A stretch of DNA of 64,000 nucleotides from positions 1,280,001 through 1,344,000 of the forward strand of contig OZ244720.1 of assembly GCA_965219085.1 (NCBI GenBank), written 5' to 3'. This DNA comes from Dehalococcoidia bacterium (GTDB lineage: Bacteria > Chloroflexota > Dehalococcoidia > UBA2979). The notes under the pieces are model-generated. The model ran no database searches and was not told the DNA's origin. It worked only from the letters and a program-made list of their open reading frames with translations. Numbering within the stretch: position 1 is the stretch's first letter; each line of letters begins with the position of its first letter. Position numbers and translations under genes: made by a program. Shown piece by piece: positions 29,131 through 39,286 of the stretch.

Positions 29131-31005
29131 ATGAACGAGTACAACGACGAAGCCACGACCACGTGGTGGGCCTCGGCCGTCAGCCGGCGGACGCTGCTCC
29201 GAGGCGGCATCCTCGGCGGGGTGGGCCTCGCCGCGGCGGCCCTCATCGGCTGCGGCGGCGGTGACGACGACGACGACGATGACGATGACGCGTCCACGAC
29301 GCAATCGAGCGGCGGGACCACCAGCGACTCGACGAGTTCGAGCGACTCGTCGAGCACGACCAGCGACGACTCGGCCACCGACGACGAGGACGAAGCCCCC
29401 GCCGTGGGCGAGGGCATGCTGGTCCAGGATCCGAACCTCCCGTACCCGTACCAGTTCCCCGAGCCGGCAGGCCTGACGCCCAAGAAGGGCGGCACGCTGC
29501 GCGTCGGCGTCACCTTCGACGTGGTCACGTTCGACCCGACGCTCTCGGCCGCGGGCGGGACGATCACCGTCCCGAACATGGTCTACAACAAGCTGCTCGG
29601 GATGGTGGACGGCGTCCAGAAGGACCCGTTCAAGGTCGAGCTCACGCCCGAACTCGCCGCCTCATGGGAGCGCTCGCCGGATGGCGCGACCTGGACGTTC
29701 CAGATGCGGGACGACATCACCTGGCAGAACAAGGCGCCGCTGAACGGGCGCCCGTTCGTCGCCAGCGACGTGAAGTTCGCTCACGACCGCTACGCGGAAG
29801 AGGGCGTGCACCGCTCGTACTGGGCCAACATCGGCTCCACCGAGGCTCCCGACGACCTCACGTACAAGATCAACATGCACACGGTGACGGCGGACTTCAT
29901 CCTGCCGCTCGCGAGCCGCTACCAGACGATCTTCCCGCGCGAGATCGTCGACGACGGCACCATCGGGAGCAACCCGGTCGGCACCGGGGCGATGATCCTC
30001 AACAGCGCCGAGCAGGGCGCGAAGATGACCTTCGACAAGAACCCCGACTTCTGGGAGCGCGAGGTGCTCCTGGACGGCGCCGAGTTCCTGGTGATGCGCG
30101 ACGTGGCCGCGCGGCTGGCGGCGTTCCGCGTCGGGCAGATCGACTTCGGATACGCGACCGGCAGCACGCTGCCGAACCTGCGGAACCTGCTGGAGACGAA
30201 CCCGGACGTCCAGATCAACCTGAGCCCGGTCACCTTCGGCGGCATCCCGTTCGGGATGAACCTCTCCAACCCGAAGTTCCAGGACGAGCGCATCCGGCAG
30301 GCGATCTGCCTCGCCCTCGACACGGACCTGATGGAGGAGCTGATCTACGAGGACCTCTCGAAGACGCTCGCCCTCCAGCCGTGGACCTGGGTCTTCGACG
30401 AGGAGCCGACGGTCGAGGCCGGCGACTTCGGCCCGTGGTTCGGCCGCTACGATGTCGCCGAGGCGAAGAAGCTGCTCAAGGCCGCGGGAGCCGAAGACCT
30501 GAGCTTCAACTCGATCTGGTACAACTACGGACCGCAGTACGACCAGCACACCGAGATCGTCCTCGCCAACTTCATCGCGGCGGGCATCGACATCAACTCG
30601 CGCAGCGTCGACTACACCGAGTTCAACTCGACGTGGGTGCCCGGCAAGCTCGAGGAAGCGACGACGACAGGCTGGCTGACCGCCGGCTTCGACGCCGACA
30701 ACGCGTTCTACAACTCGGTCCACTCGGAATCGCCGGGCAACCGCTGGCGGCTCAGCGACCCCCAGGTCGACGAGTGGGCGGAGGCCCAGCAGGTGGAGAT
30801 CGACCCGGACGTGCGCCGGGATATCCACCGCACGATGTGGGACTACTTCATGAACGTGATGTACTGGCCGCCGCTGCCCAGCGGGTTCAGCATCAACGTC
30901 TACCAGCCGTGGCTGCGTGGCATCCGTTGGGGCGGCACCGACGCCACCAACACCTACTACTACGACTGGGGCCACCAGATCGCCGGGGCCTGGCTCGACA
31001 AGTAG
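29131..31005 (+). CDS. ABC transporter substrate-binding lipoprotein (SBP family 5), Tat signal
   Basis: SRRTLL twin-Arg, LIGC lipobox, GGTLRVG, ELAASWE.SPDG, VGTG, WLDK end. Confidence 0.93.
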   Translation: MNEYNDEATTTWWASAVSRRTLLRGGILGGVGLAAAALIGCGGGDDDDDDDDDASTTQSSGGTTSDSTSSSDSSSTTSDDSATDDEDEAPAVGEGMLVQDPNLPYPYQFPEPAGLTPKKGGTLRVGVTFDVVTFDPTLSAAGGTITVPNMVYNKLLGMVDGVQKDPFKVELTPELAASWERSPDGATWTFQMRDDITWQNKAPLNGRPFVASDVKFAHDRYAEEGVHRSYWANIGSTEAPDDLTYKINMHTVTADFILPLASRYQTIFPREIVDDGTIGSNPVGTGAMILNSAEQGAKMTFDKNPDFWEREVLLDGAEFLVMRDVAARLAAFRVGQIDFGYATGSTLPNLRNLLETNPDVQINLSPVTFGGIPFGMNLSNPKFQDERIRQAICLALDTDLMEELIYEDLSKTLALQPWTWVFDEEPTVEAGDFGPWFGRYDVAEAKKLLKAAGAEDLSFNSIWYNYGPQYDQHTEIVLANFIAAGIDINSRSVDYTEFNSTWVPGKLEEATTTGWLTAGFDADNAFYNSVHSESPGNRWRLSDPQVDEWAEAQQVEIDPDVRRDIHRTMWDYFMNVMYWPPLPSGFSINVYQPWLRGIRWGGTDATNTYYYDWGHQIAGAWLDK

Positions 31006-31029
31006 CCACCCCGCCACGGGCAACCAACG

Positions 31030-31055
31030 AGCGGGCGGCCATTCGGCCGCCCGCT
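31030..31055. repeat. Hairpin after SBP gene (copy 2)
   Basis: agcgggcggcc-attc-ggccgcccgct. Confidence 0.85.
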
Positions 31056-31153
31056 TCGCGTCCACCACCTGCTCGCAGCGACGCTCACTTGACTGTGGTC
31101 GGTATGCTCTGCGGATAATAGCGAGCGTTAGACGCAGGCCTCGGGGGTGCAGA

Positions 31154-33019
31154 ATGAACGAACACAGCGACGAAGCCACAAGCACATGGTGGGCATCGGC
31201 CGTCAGCCGAAGGACGCTGCTCCGAGGCGGCATCCTCGGCGGGGTGGGCCTCGCGGCGGCGGCCCTCATCGGCTGCGGCGGCGGTGACGACGACGATGAC
31301 GACGACGACACCGCGTCCACGCAGTCGAGCGACGGGACCACCAGCGACTCGGCGAGTTCGAGCGACTCGAGCACCGCCTCCGACGACTCGGGTACGGACG
31401 ACGAGGCCGAAGCCCCCGCCCAGGGCGAGGGGACGCTGGTCCAGGATCCGGACCTGCCGTACCCGTACCAGTTCCCCGAGCCGAACAAGACGCCCAAGGC
31501 GGGCGGCACGCTGCGCGTCGGCGTCACCTTCGACGTGGTCACGTTCGACCCGACACTCTCGGCCGCGGGCGGGACGATCACCGTCCCGAACATGGTCTAC
31601 AACAAGATGCTCGGCATGGTGGACGGCGTTCAGAAGGACCCGTTCAAGGTCGAACTGAAGCCCGAACTCGCCGCCTCGTGGGAACGCTCGCCGGACGGCG
31701 CGACGTGGACCTTCCAGGTCCAGGACGGCATCAACTGGCAGAACCTGCCGCCGCTCAACGGCCGCCCGTTCGTCTCCGCCGACCTGAAGTTCGCTCACGA
31801 CCGCTACGCGGCCGAAGGCGTGCATCGCTCCTACTGGGCCAACATCAGCTCGACCGAGACGCCCGACGACAGCACGTACAAGATCAACATGGGCACGGTC
31901 ACCGCGGACTTCATCCTCCCGCTGGCCAGCCGCTACCAGACGGTCTTCCCGCGCGAAACCGTCGATGACGGCACGATCGCGGACAACCCGGTGGGCACCG
32001 GGGCGATGATCCTCAAGAGCGCCGAGCAGGGCGCGAAGATGACCTTCGACAAGAACCCCGAGTACTGGGAGCGCGAGGTGCTGCTGGACGGCGCCGAGTT
32101 CCTCGTGATGCGCGATGTGGCCGCACGGCTCGCCGCATTCCGCGTCGGGCAGATCGACTACGGCTACGGCACGGGCAACACGTTGCCGAACCTGCGCAAC
32201 ATCCTCGAGACCAACCCCGATGTGCAGATCAACCTCAGTCCGGTGACGTTCGGCGGCATCCCGTTCGGGATGAACCTCTCTAACCCCAAGTTCGCCGACG
32301 ATCGCATCCGGCAGGCCTTCACGCTCGCCTTCGACACCGACCTGATCGAGGAGCTGATCTACGAGGACCTCTCGAAGACCCTCCCCCTCCAGCCCTGGAC
32401 GTGGGTCTGGGATGAGGAGCCGACGGTCGAGTCCGGGGTGCTCGGAAAGTGGTTCGGCCGCTACGACGTCGACGAGGCGAAGAAGCTGCTCAAGGCCGCG
32501 GGGGCCGAGGACCTGAGCTTCGACTCGATCTGGTACAACTACGGCCCCGACCACGACCAGCGCACCGAGATCATCCTTGCCCAGCTGCTCGCGGTCGGCG
32601 TGGAGATGAACTCGAAGAGCGTCGACTACACCGAGTTCAACTCGACGTGGGTGCCTGCCAAGCTCGAGGAGGCGACGACCACGGGCTGGCTGACCGCCGG
32701 CTTCGACGCCGACAACGCGTTCTACAACTCGGTCCACTCGGAATCGCCGGGCAATCGCTGGCGGCTCAGCGACCCCCAGGTCGACACGTGGGCGGACGCG
32801 CAGCAGGTGGAACTGGACCCGGACGCGCGCCGGGAAATCCACAGCACGATGATGGATTACTTCCTGGAGAGGATGTACTGGCCCCCCATGCCGTCCGGGT
32901 TCAGCATCAACGTCTACCAGCCGTGGCTGCGTGGCATCCGTTGGGGCGGCACCGACGCCACCAACAGCTACTACTACGACTGGGGCCACCAGATCGCCGG
33001 AGCGTGGCTCGACAAGTAG
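31154..33019 (+). CDS. ABC transporter substrate-binding lipoprotein (SBP family 5), tandem paralog
   Basis: Highly similar to 29131..31005 along its whole length. Confidence 0.93.
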   Translation: MNEHSDEATSTWWASAVSRRTLLRGGILGGVGLAAAALIGCGGGDDDDDDDDTASTQSSDGTTSDSASSSDSSTASDDSGTDDEAEAPAQGEGTLVQDPDLPYPYQFPEPNKTPKAGGTLRVGVTFDVVTFDPTLSAAGGTITVPNMVYNKMLGMVDGVQKDPFKVELKPELAASWERSPDGATWTFQVQDGINWQNLPPLNGRPFVSADLKFAHDRYAAEGVHRSYWANISSTETPDDSTYKINMGTVTADFILPLASRYQTVFPRETVDDGTIADNPVGTGAMILKSAEQGAKMTFDKNPEYWEREVLLDGAEFLVMRDVAARLAAFRVGQIDYGYGTGNTLPNLRNILETNPDVQINLSPVTFGGIPFGMNLSNPKFADDRIRQAFTLAFDTDLIEELIYEDLSKTLPLQPWTWVWDEEPTVESGVLGKWFGRYDVDEAKKLLKAAGAEDLSFDSIWYNYGPDHDQRTEIILAQLLAVGVEMNSKSVDYTEFNSTWVPAKLEEATTTGWLTAGFDADNAFYNSVHSESPGNRWRLSDPQVDTWADAQQVELDPDARREIHSTMMDYFLERMYWPPMPSGFSINVYQPWLRGIRWGGTDATNSYYYDWGHQIAGAWLDK

Positions 33020-33039
33020 CGAGCACCGGCCCACCACCG

Positions 33040-33065
33040 AGCGGGCGGCCACGTGGCCGCCCGCT
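33040..33065. repeat. Palindrome after SBP gene (copy 3)
   Basis: agcgggcggccacgtggccgcccgct. Confidence 0.85.
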
Positions 33066-33210
33066 TCGCGTCAAACCCACTCGATGAGGGTCGGCCGAGG
33101 GATCGCCCCCGGCGGCCCGAGTGGGCGCGACAACCTGCTTCAGCCGCAGGCTCGCCTCAGCCAGCTATATTCAGTGGGCACCCGTGCCGCTTGCTCCTGG
33201 AGGTTCCCCG

Positions 33211-34143
33211 ATGGCAGACGACTACACCGACACCATGGCGGCGGCAGCCACCGCCGCGGGACTCGAACCCGCCGCGATCGTGGCTCCAACCGATCACTGG
33301 GTGGAGCTCAACGGCATCCGGTTCCACTACCTCGACTGGGGGAACGACCAGCTGCCGCACGTCGTGCTCCTGCACGGGGGATCGCTGACGGCGCACACCT
33401 GGGACATGGCCTGCCTGCTGCTGCGCGATTCATACCACCTGGTGGCGCTCGACCAACGTGGCCACGGTGATACCGAGTGGACGCCCGATGACCAACTGGG
33501 CGAGGACAACAACGACCTGATGCTGGAAGACACGCGGCAGTTCATCGAGCACCTCGGCTACGACCGCATGACGCTGGTCGGCATGTCCATGGGCGGGATG
33601 AACACGATTCGCTACGCGGCGCGCCACCCCGAACGGCTCGACGCGCTCGGCATCGTCGACATCGCACCCGAGACGATGCGCGAGGGGCAGCTCGAGATGG
33701 AGGCGTTCCGCAGCGCGACGGAGACCTTGCGCGCCTTCGACGACTTCCTGGAGCGCGCGATCAAGTTCATGCCGCATCGAGCCCCGGAGCACCTTCGCTA
33801 CAGCCTCACCCACAGCCTGAAAGAAGTCCCCGACGGCTTCACCTGGAAGCAGGACCACCGCCCTCGCGAAGGCATGGAGATGAGCGACGAGGAGCGCGAG
33901 GCGGCCCGGGCGCAGGGCGCAGACGATCTCTGGAACGACCTCCGCGCGCTGCAGTCACCGGTGCTGCTGTTCCGGGGCGCCGACAGCAAGATCCTGTCGC
34001 AGGACGCGGCGGAGCGGTCGGTGGCGGCGATGCGCGACGCGCGCATGGTGGTGATCCCCGCGGCCACGCACAACGTCCACTCGGACAACCCGAAGGATTT
34101 CGCGCGCGAACTCGACGCGTTCCTCTCGGCCGCGCTCCCGTAG
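33211..34143 (+). CDS. Alpha/beta hydrolase
   Basis: LLHGG, DQRGHG, GMSMGG nucleophile elbow, HNVH. Confidence 0.92.
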   Translation: MADDYTDTMAAAATAAGLEPAAIVAPTDHWVELNGIRFHYLDWGNDQLPHVVLLHGGSLTAHTWDMACLLLRDSYHLVALDQRGHGDTEWTPDDQLGEDNNDLMLEDTRQFIEHLGYDRMTLVGMSMGGMNTIRYAARHPERLDALGIVDIAPETMREGQLEMEAFRSATETLRAFDDFLERAIKFMPHRAPEHLRYSLTHSLKEVPDGFTWKQDHRPREGMEMSDEEREAARAQGADDLWNDLRALQSPVLLFRGADSKILSQDAAERSVAAMRDARMVVIPAATHNVHSDNPKDFARELDAFLSAALP

Positions 34144-34203
34144 GACACTCGAGGCGCCGCACTTCGAGGGCTCACGAAGGTGACGCTGAGGCGCGCCAGG
34201 CGC

Positions 34204-34761
34204 CTAGCTGGAAGAGGAGTCGCCCGGGCCGGTCGCAAACGTCGAGAAGTCACCGCCCTGGCGGCGCAGCACCTGCTCCCACAGGTCCGTCGGCTCCGGG
34301 TCGAACGGGTCAGCGGGCACCGCGTCCAGCACGAACCACGCCTGCTCGGCGATCTCATCCTCGAGCTGCCCGAGGGACCAGCCGGCGTAGCCGCTGAACA
34401 CGCGCAACCCCACCAGGTCGCCCCAGAAGTCGGCCGGACTGCCGTCGAGGTCGATCAAGCCGAGCTCGCCGGCTACCGGCGTCCAGCCCGCCGCTGCCGG
34501 AGCCTCCTCGCGCAGCCGGCCAATGGCAAGCGCGGCCTCGCGGCGTACCGGGCCGCCCTCAAACACCCGCGCGGGTGGCGAGGCGAGCGGGCCCCACTCC
34601 GGCGCGTACGTGGCGACCTCGACGCGGAATGGGCGGTTGAGGATGAGGCCCAGCACGCCGTGCTCGTTCTCGTCGCAGATGAGCACGACGGTCCGCGCGA
34701 AGTTCGGGTCGAGCAACGCCGGGGTGGCGACCAGCAGCTTGCCGACGAGGGACTCACCCAT
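34204..34761 (-). CDS. YqgE/AlgH family protein
   Basis: LLVATP.L.DPNF.RTVVL, GLILNRP, GGPV, GYAGW..GQLEDE. Confidence 0.93.
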   Translation of the reverse strand: MGESLVGKLLVATPALLDPNFARTVVLICDENEHGVLGLILNRPFRVEVATYAPEWGPLASPPARVFEGGPVRREAALAIGRLREEAPAAAGWTPVAGELGLIDLDGSPADFWGDLVGLRVFSGYAGWSLGQLEDEIAEQAWFVLDAVPADPFDPEPTDLWEQVLRRQGGDFSTFATGPGDSSSS

Positions 34762-34970
34762 GCCGCACCCTTCACGCACGCGGGCATACCGTGCTTCGCC
34801 CGGTCATCGCGTCGCTACGCGATGGTACGAACACGCGGCGGCGGCGCGCAAAGGGGGCAGCGTTGCCGCTGCCCCGTCGCGTGGCCCGAATGGCAGGTTC
34901 GCGCGCTACTTGTCCAGCCAGGCGTTGGCGATCTGCTTGCGGGCGTACGCCACAGGCCGCGCCGTCATCG

Positions 34971-36284
34971 CTAACGGTCGGCGTCCTCCGTGTACACGGT
35001 GCCGATCACCTCGTCGCGCTCGAGCTGCTCGTAGCGCTCCCGTGTGATGCCGAGCATGCCGAGCAGCACCTCTTCGTTGTGCTGTCCGAGTGTCGGCGCG
35101 GGGCCACGCACGGGCGTGAGCGGCATCCGCTCAAAGTGCGCCATCGGCGCGGGGTAGCGGCGCACGCCCGCCTCCGGGTGATCCACCTCGATGAAGAAGC
35201 CGCGCGCGAGCAGGTGCGCGTCCTCGAACATCTCCGGCTGGTGGACGACCGCCGCAGCCGGTACGCCGGCCGCCTGCAGCCGGTGCATCAGCTCGTCGTC
35301 GCCGTGCTGCGAGGTCCACGCCTCGACCAGCGGCTCGAGCTCGTCCTGGTGGCCGTAGCGCGCGGCCGCGCCGGCGAAGCGCTCGTCGGTCGCGAGTTCC
35401 GGCTGGCCCATCACCTCGCACAGCCGCGCGAACACCTCGTCCGAGGGCACCGCGAGCGCGAGCCAGCGGTCGTCGCCGGCGCAGCGGAAGACGCCGTACG
35501 GCGCCATCGATGGGTGGCGGTTCCCCCAGTGCGAGTGCGTGCGCCCGTTCATCTGGTAGTCGATGAGGCCGTACGCGGTGTGGTGGATGACCGCCTCGGC
35601 CTGGGACATCTCGATGAGCTGGCCCACACCGGTGCGCTCGCGCGCGATCAGCGCGATCTGCACCGCGGTCGCCACGTGCGCGCCGGCGTTGGGGTCGCCG
35701 TGGTAGATCGCCGGCGTCTGCGAGGGGTCGGAGTCACGGTAGCCGCGCAACATCGTGTGGCCGATGACGGCCTCCATCGTCGCGCCGAAGCCCTTGAAGT
35801 GCTCGTACGGACCGCTGATGCCGAAGCCCGGGAAGCGCACCATGATCAGCCGCCGATTGATCGCGGAGAGCGTCTCCCACGCGATGCCGAGGTTGTCGAC
35901 GACGTCGGCCGCGTTGTTCTCGATGAACACGTCGGCCTCGCGCACGAGGTCGAAGAACAGTTCGCGGCCCTCGTCGCTGGCGAGGTGGAGCGTGACGCTC
36001 TTGTGGCCGCGCTTGGCGAAGTTGAAGCCGGAGTGACGGTTCCAGAAGCCCTCGGAACCGTCGCGATTGAGGTAGATAGCGCCGGTCTGGCCGTCCATCA
36101 GCTCCGGCGGGATGTGCCGGTATCCCCCGCGCGTGGGGCTGAGGTGGCGGATCGACTCGATCTCGATCACCTCGGCGCCGAGGTCGGCGAGGATCATCGA
36201 GCCGAACGGTCCGGCCCACACGATCGCCTGCGAGAGGACGCGCACGCCGTCGAGGGGGAGTTGTCGGGGCTGCTCGGTCGTCAT
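34971..36284 (-). CDS. Family III CoA-transferase (CaiB/BaiF)
   Basis: LDGVRVL, WAGP, DLGAEVIEIE, ADVFIEN, APTLGQHN. Confidence 0.93.
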   Translation of the reverse strand: MTTEQPRQLPLDGVRVLSQAIVWAGPFGSMILADLGAEVIEIESIRHLSPTRGGYRHIPPELMDGQTGAIYLNRDGSEGFWNRHSGFNFAKRGHKSVTLHLASDEGRELFFDLVREADVFIENNAADVVDNLGIAWETLSAINRRLIMVRFPGFGISGPYEHFKGFGATMEAVIGHTMLRGYRDSDPSQTPAIYHGDPNAGAHVATAVQIALIARERTGVGQLIEMSQAEAVIHHTAYGLIDYQMNGRTHSHWGNRHPSMAPYGVFRCAGDDRWLALAVPSDEVFARLCEVMGQPELATDERFAGAAARYGHQDELEPLVEAWTSQHGDDELMHRLQAAGVPAAAVVHQPEMFEDAHLLARGFFIEVDHPEAGVRRYPAPMAHFERMPLTPVRGPAPTLGQHNEEVLLGMLGITRERYEQLERDEVIGTVYTEDADR

Positions 36285-37501
36285 CGTCCCGCCCCCGACA
36301 CCACGCCGCGCTGCGCAAGCACGGCGACGTCTTGCTTCGAGTAGCCGAGGCGCCCGGTGAGCACCTCGACGGTGTGTTGGCCGAGCGCGGGCGCGGGGCG
36401 CATCTCGCCCGGCGTGCCGTGCATGCGGAACGCGAAGCCCGGCAGGCCGACCGTGCCGCCCCCGGGCATCTCGAGGTGCTGGAAGAAGTCCCGCGCGGCG
36501 AGGTGAGGGTCGCTCGCCACGTCGGCCGTGGTGTTGATGGCGCTCACCGGGAGGCCCTGCGCCTGCCCGGCCTCCATCACCTGCTGCTTGGTGCGCTCCA
36601 GCAGCCACGGGTAGAACACCGCGTCGATCTCCGGGGCGTACTCGATGTTGAGGAGGTTCGGCACGAGGCGCTCGTCCTCGATGAGGTCGGGGCGGTCGAT
36701 CATGTTGCAGAAGCGGTCCCACCAGGGCGGCGCGCAGAGGACATGCACGTAGCCGTCGGTGACGGGGTACACGCCCATCGGCAACGCGGTCGAACGCGCC
36801 GACTCTTGCCGCTGGAAGAACAGCGACCCGGAGTACTCGTACGACGTGAGGTTCGTGCCCCCTCGATCCATCGAGGTGGCGAGGATGTCGTGCAGCGAGA
36901 TGTCGACCCGCTCCCCCGCGCCCGAGGTCTGCGAGCCGCGCAGCGCGCCGAGCGTGAACGCCGCCACCACGCCGCCGGCGAGGAAGAACGGGGCGTAGGT
37001 CGCGATCTTGAGCGGCTCGCGGCCCCACTCGGCCGTGATCGACAGCACCCCGCCCATCGCGTAGGCGAGCATGTCGTCGACCTCGAAGTCCCGGTACGGG
37101 CCGTCTTGTCCGAAGCTCGACACCGAGACGAGCGCGGCGCGCGGGTTGAGCGCCTCGAGCCGTTCGGGGCCAAGACCGAGGCGCTCGATCGCGCCCGGCC
37201 GGAAGCTCTCGATGACGAGGTCGGCCTGCTGTGCGAGGCGGCCGAGGATGTCTCGGCCGGTGGCGGTCTTGAGGTTGAGCGTGACGCTGCGCTTGCTGGT
37301 GTTGAGTTCCAGGAACATGCCGCTGCGGTCACGGTGCGGGATGTCGCCGGGGAACGGCCCCATCCGGCGCGACACGTCGCCGCGGCCGGGGTGCTCGATC
37401 TTGAGGACGTCGGCGCCGTGGTCGGAGAGCAGCTTGGTGGCGTACGGCCCGGCGATCGCCTGCGTCAGGTCGAGGACGCGGATGCCTTCGAGCGGTCCCA
37501 T
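36281..37501 (-). CDS. Family III CoA-transferase (CaiB/BaiF), partner subunit
   Basis: LEGIRVLDL, AGPYATK, LNTSKRSVTLNL, APALGQHT. Confidence 0.93.
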   Translation of the reverse strand: MGPLEGIRVLDLTQAIAGPYATKLLSDHGADVLKIEHPGRGDVSRRMGPFPGDIPHRDRSGMFLELNTSKRSVTLNLKTATGRDILGRLAQQADLVIESFRPGAIERLGLGPERLEALNPRAALVSVSSFGQDGPYRDFEVDDMLAYAMGGVLSITAEWGREPLKIATYAPFFLAGGVVAAFTLGALRGSQTSGAGERVDISLHDILATSMDRGGTNLTSYEYSGSLFFQRQESARSTALPMGVYPVTDGYVHVLCAPPWWDRFCNMIDRPDLIEDERLVPNLLNIEYAPEIDAVFYPWLLERTKQQVMEAGQAQGLPVSAINTTADVASDPHLAARDFFQHLEMPGGGTVGLPGFAFRMHGTPGEMRPAPALGQHTVEVLTGRLGYSKQDVAVLAQRGVVSGAGR

Positions 37502-37598
37502 CGGCGGCTCCCCCGTGTGGCTGGGCGTGCTCGTGCAACGTAGGACGGCGCCCGCCGCCGGTCAACGTCCCGCGCCATACGCCGGCCCATCTCGCGGA

Positions 37599-37636
37599 CC
37601 GCGAGCCCCAAACGCCGCGGCCCCGTATGCTGCGAG
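37599..37636 (+). repeat. 38-bp direct repeat, copy 1
   Basis: ccgcgagccccaaacgccgcggccccgtatgctgcgag. Confidence 0.85.
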
Positions 37637-37708
37637 ACACCCACCACCAACCGTCGCGCAGCCCGCACTCACCGGGATGGTCAGACACGGTCGGCGAACC
37701 GTGCGCGG

Positions 37709-38221
37709 TTGTGGGGGAATGCCGTGGCAACCGAGCAACCCCCGGAACTGCTCCAGGAGTTTCCGGGCCTCGATCTCGCTTACGAGCGGGCCATGGCGTC
37801 GTACCAGGCGATCGCGGCGCGAGACGCGGCTACCGGTCAGCGCATCGACGGCCTACTGACGCTCACCGCGACGGTCACGCTGGCGGCACCGCTCGTCGTC
37901 GCCGCGACGGGAGCAGTCCCTCCCCTACAGTCCCCGCTCCTGGTGGCCGTCGCCAGCCTGTTTGCGACAGTGCTCGTGCTCGGGGTGGCAGGGCGAGGCT
38001 TCGTGGGAAGCCCAAAGTCCGTAGACCCCGCCGACCTCTACCAGTCCTGGATCGATCTGGATGAAATTGAGTTCAAGCTAGAAGCCCTGTACTGGGCGGG
38101 CGAACACTTCGCGCACGGGATGCGGGTCGTGTGGCGGAAGTCACTGATAGCTCACGCGATGACGACCCTGTTCATCGTCGAGATAGTCACGCTCCTGGCG
38201 TGGATCGCAAGCGACGTGTGA
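37709..38221 (+). CDS. Hypothetical three-TM membrane protein
   Basis: Two N-terminal TMs, soluble segment, C-terminal TM. Confidence 0.7.
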   Translation: MWGNAVATEQPPELLQEFPGLDLAYERAMASYQAIAARDAATGQRIDGLLTLTATVTLAAPLVVAATGAVPPLQSPLLVAVASLFATVLVLGVAGRGFVGSPKSVDPADLYQSWIDLDEIEFKLEALYWAGEHFAHGMRVVWRKSLIAHAMTTLFIVEIVTLLAWIASDV

Positions 38222-38496
38222 CCTCGAAGGTCCGCTCACCGGGAGCGAGTCCGGCGCGCCGGAGGCGGACGCCGCTTCGGGGGTCGCAGGCCTTCACTGA
38301 ACTCTCGGCCGGGGTCTGGCGCGCCACCCCTGCGGGGACGGTCGCTCTTCCCGATCTTCACGCGGCCCGGCGGGCGTCCGCCCTCCTTGATCTCCATCCT
38401 GGGATCCGGAGCGATCGTCAGCCTCTGCGGCCTGGATGCGGGCATCTTGCCTCCTGCCGCCATCAGTGTAGCCCAGGCGCGCCATCCCCAGCCGCG

Positions 38497-38534
38497 CCGC
38501 GAGCCCCAAACGCCGCCGCCCCGTATGCTGCGAG
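38497..38534 (+). repeat. 38-bp direct repeat, copy 2
   Basis: ccgcgagccccaaacgccgccgccccgtatgctgcgag (one mismatch to copy 1). Confidence 0.85.
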
Positions 38535-38573
38535 GCGGCCACGACGCCACAACGACGACAGACAGGGGGAGAC

Positions 38574-39158
38574 ATGGCCGACAACGCACTGAGTGCCATC
38601 GACGAGTTCATCGCCGCGCAGTCGGTCGACACCTCGGGCGACCGCTGGCGCACGCGACTCGCGCAGCCGCCGCAGGCCGACTTCGACGCGGGCAGCACTT
38701 ACTACTGGGACCTCGAGACGAACGTGGGGAGTCTGCAGGTTCAGCTCATGCCCGACGTCGCGCCGATGCACGTGTCGAGCACGATCTACCTGACGCGCCT
38801 CGGCTTCTACGACGGGCTCATCTTTCACCGCGTGATCATGGGATTCATGGCCCAGGGCGGGTGCCCCCTCGGCTCCGGCACCGGCGGCCCAGGCTACGAG
38901 TACGGCAGCGAGTTCGACCCCAGCGTGCGCCACGACCGACCCGGCCTGCTGAGCATGGCGAACGCGGGCCAGGGCACCGACGGCAGCCAGTTCTTCCTGA
39001 CGTTCGTCCCGACGCCATGGCTGGACGACAACCACACCATCTTCGGCGAGGTCATCGACGGCAAGGACACACTGCTGGAGCTGGAACGGGGCGGCTCGCA
39101 GGGCGGCGAAACCAAGCGAGCGCTCGGGATCACGACCGCCACCATCCGCGTCGAGTAG
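38574..39158 (+). CDS. Cyclophilin-type peptidyl-prolyl isomerase
   Basis: FYDGLIFHRVI.GFMAQGG, LSMANAG..TDGSQFF, HTIFGEV. Confidence 0.96.
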   Translation: MADNALSAIDEFIAAQSVDTSGDRWRTRLAQPPQADFDAGSTYYWDLETNVGSLQVQLMPDVAPMHVSSTIYLTRLGFYDGLIFHRVIMGFMAQGGCPLGSGTGGPGYEYGSEFDPSVRHDRPGLLSMANAGQGTDGSQFFLTFVPTPWLDDNHTIFGEVIDGKDTLLELERGGSQGGETKRALGITTATIRVE

Positions 39159-39286
39159 CCGGGTCAGGGCTGTAGCCACAACCACGGCGGTCAGACGCGT
39201 CGCTGTTGTGCGTGGTGCGTGCGCTTGACGGTGTTGCTACGCTTCTCTGGAGCGCTACGCTCCCACCTGTAGCGAAGAAGAGAGTG

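Noticed and set aside
28999-33065. Palindromes as intrinsic terminators or a CRISPR-like array
   Set aside because: No U-tract; explained as part of the duplicated SBP unit.
38236-38463. Small basic ORF inside the direct-repeat cassette
   Set aside because: No recognisable motif or RBS; cannot be supported as a gene.
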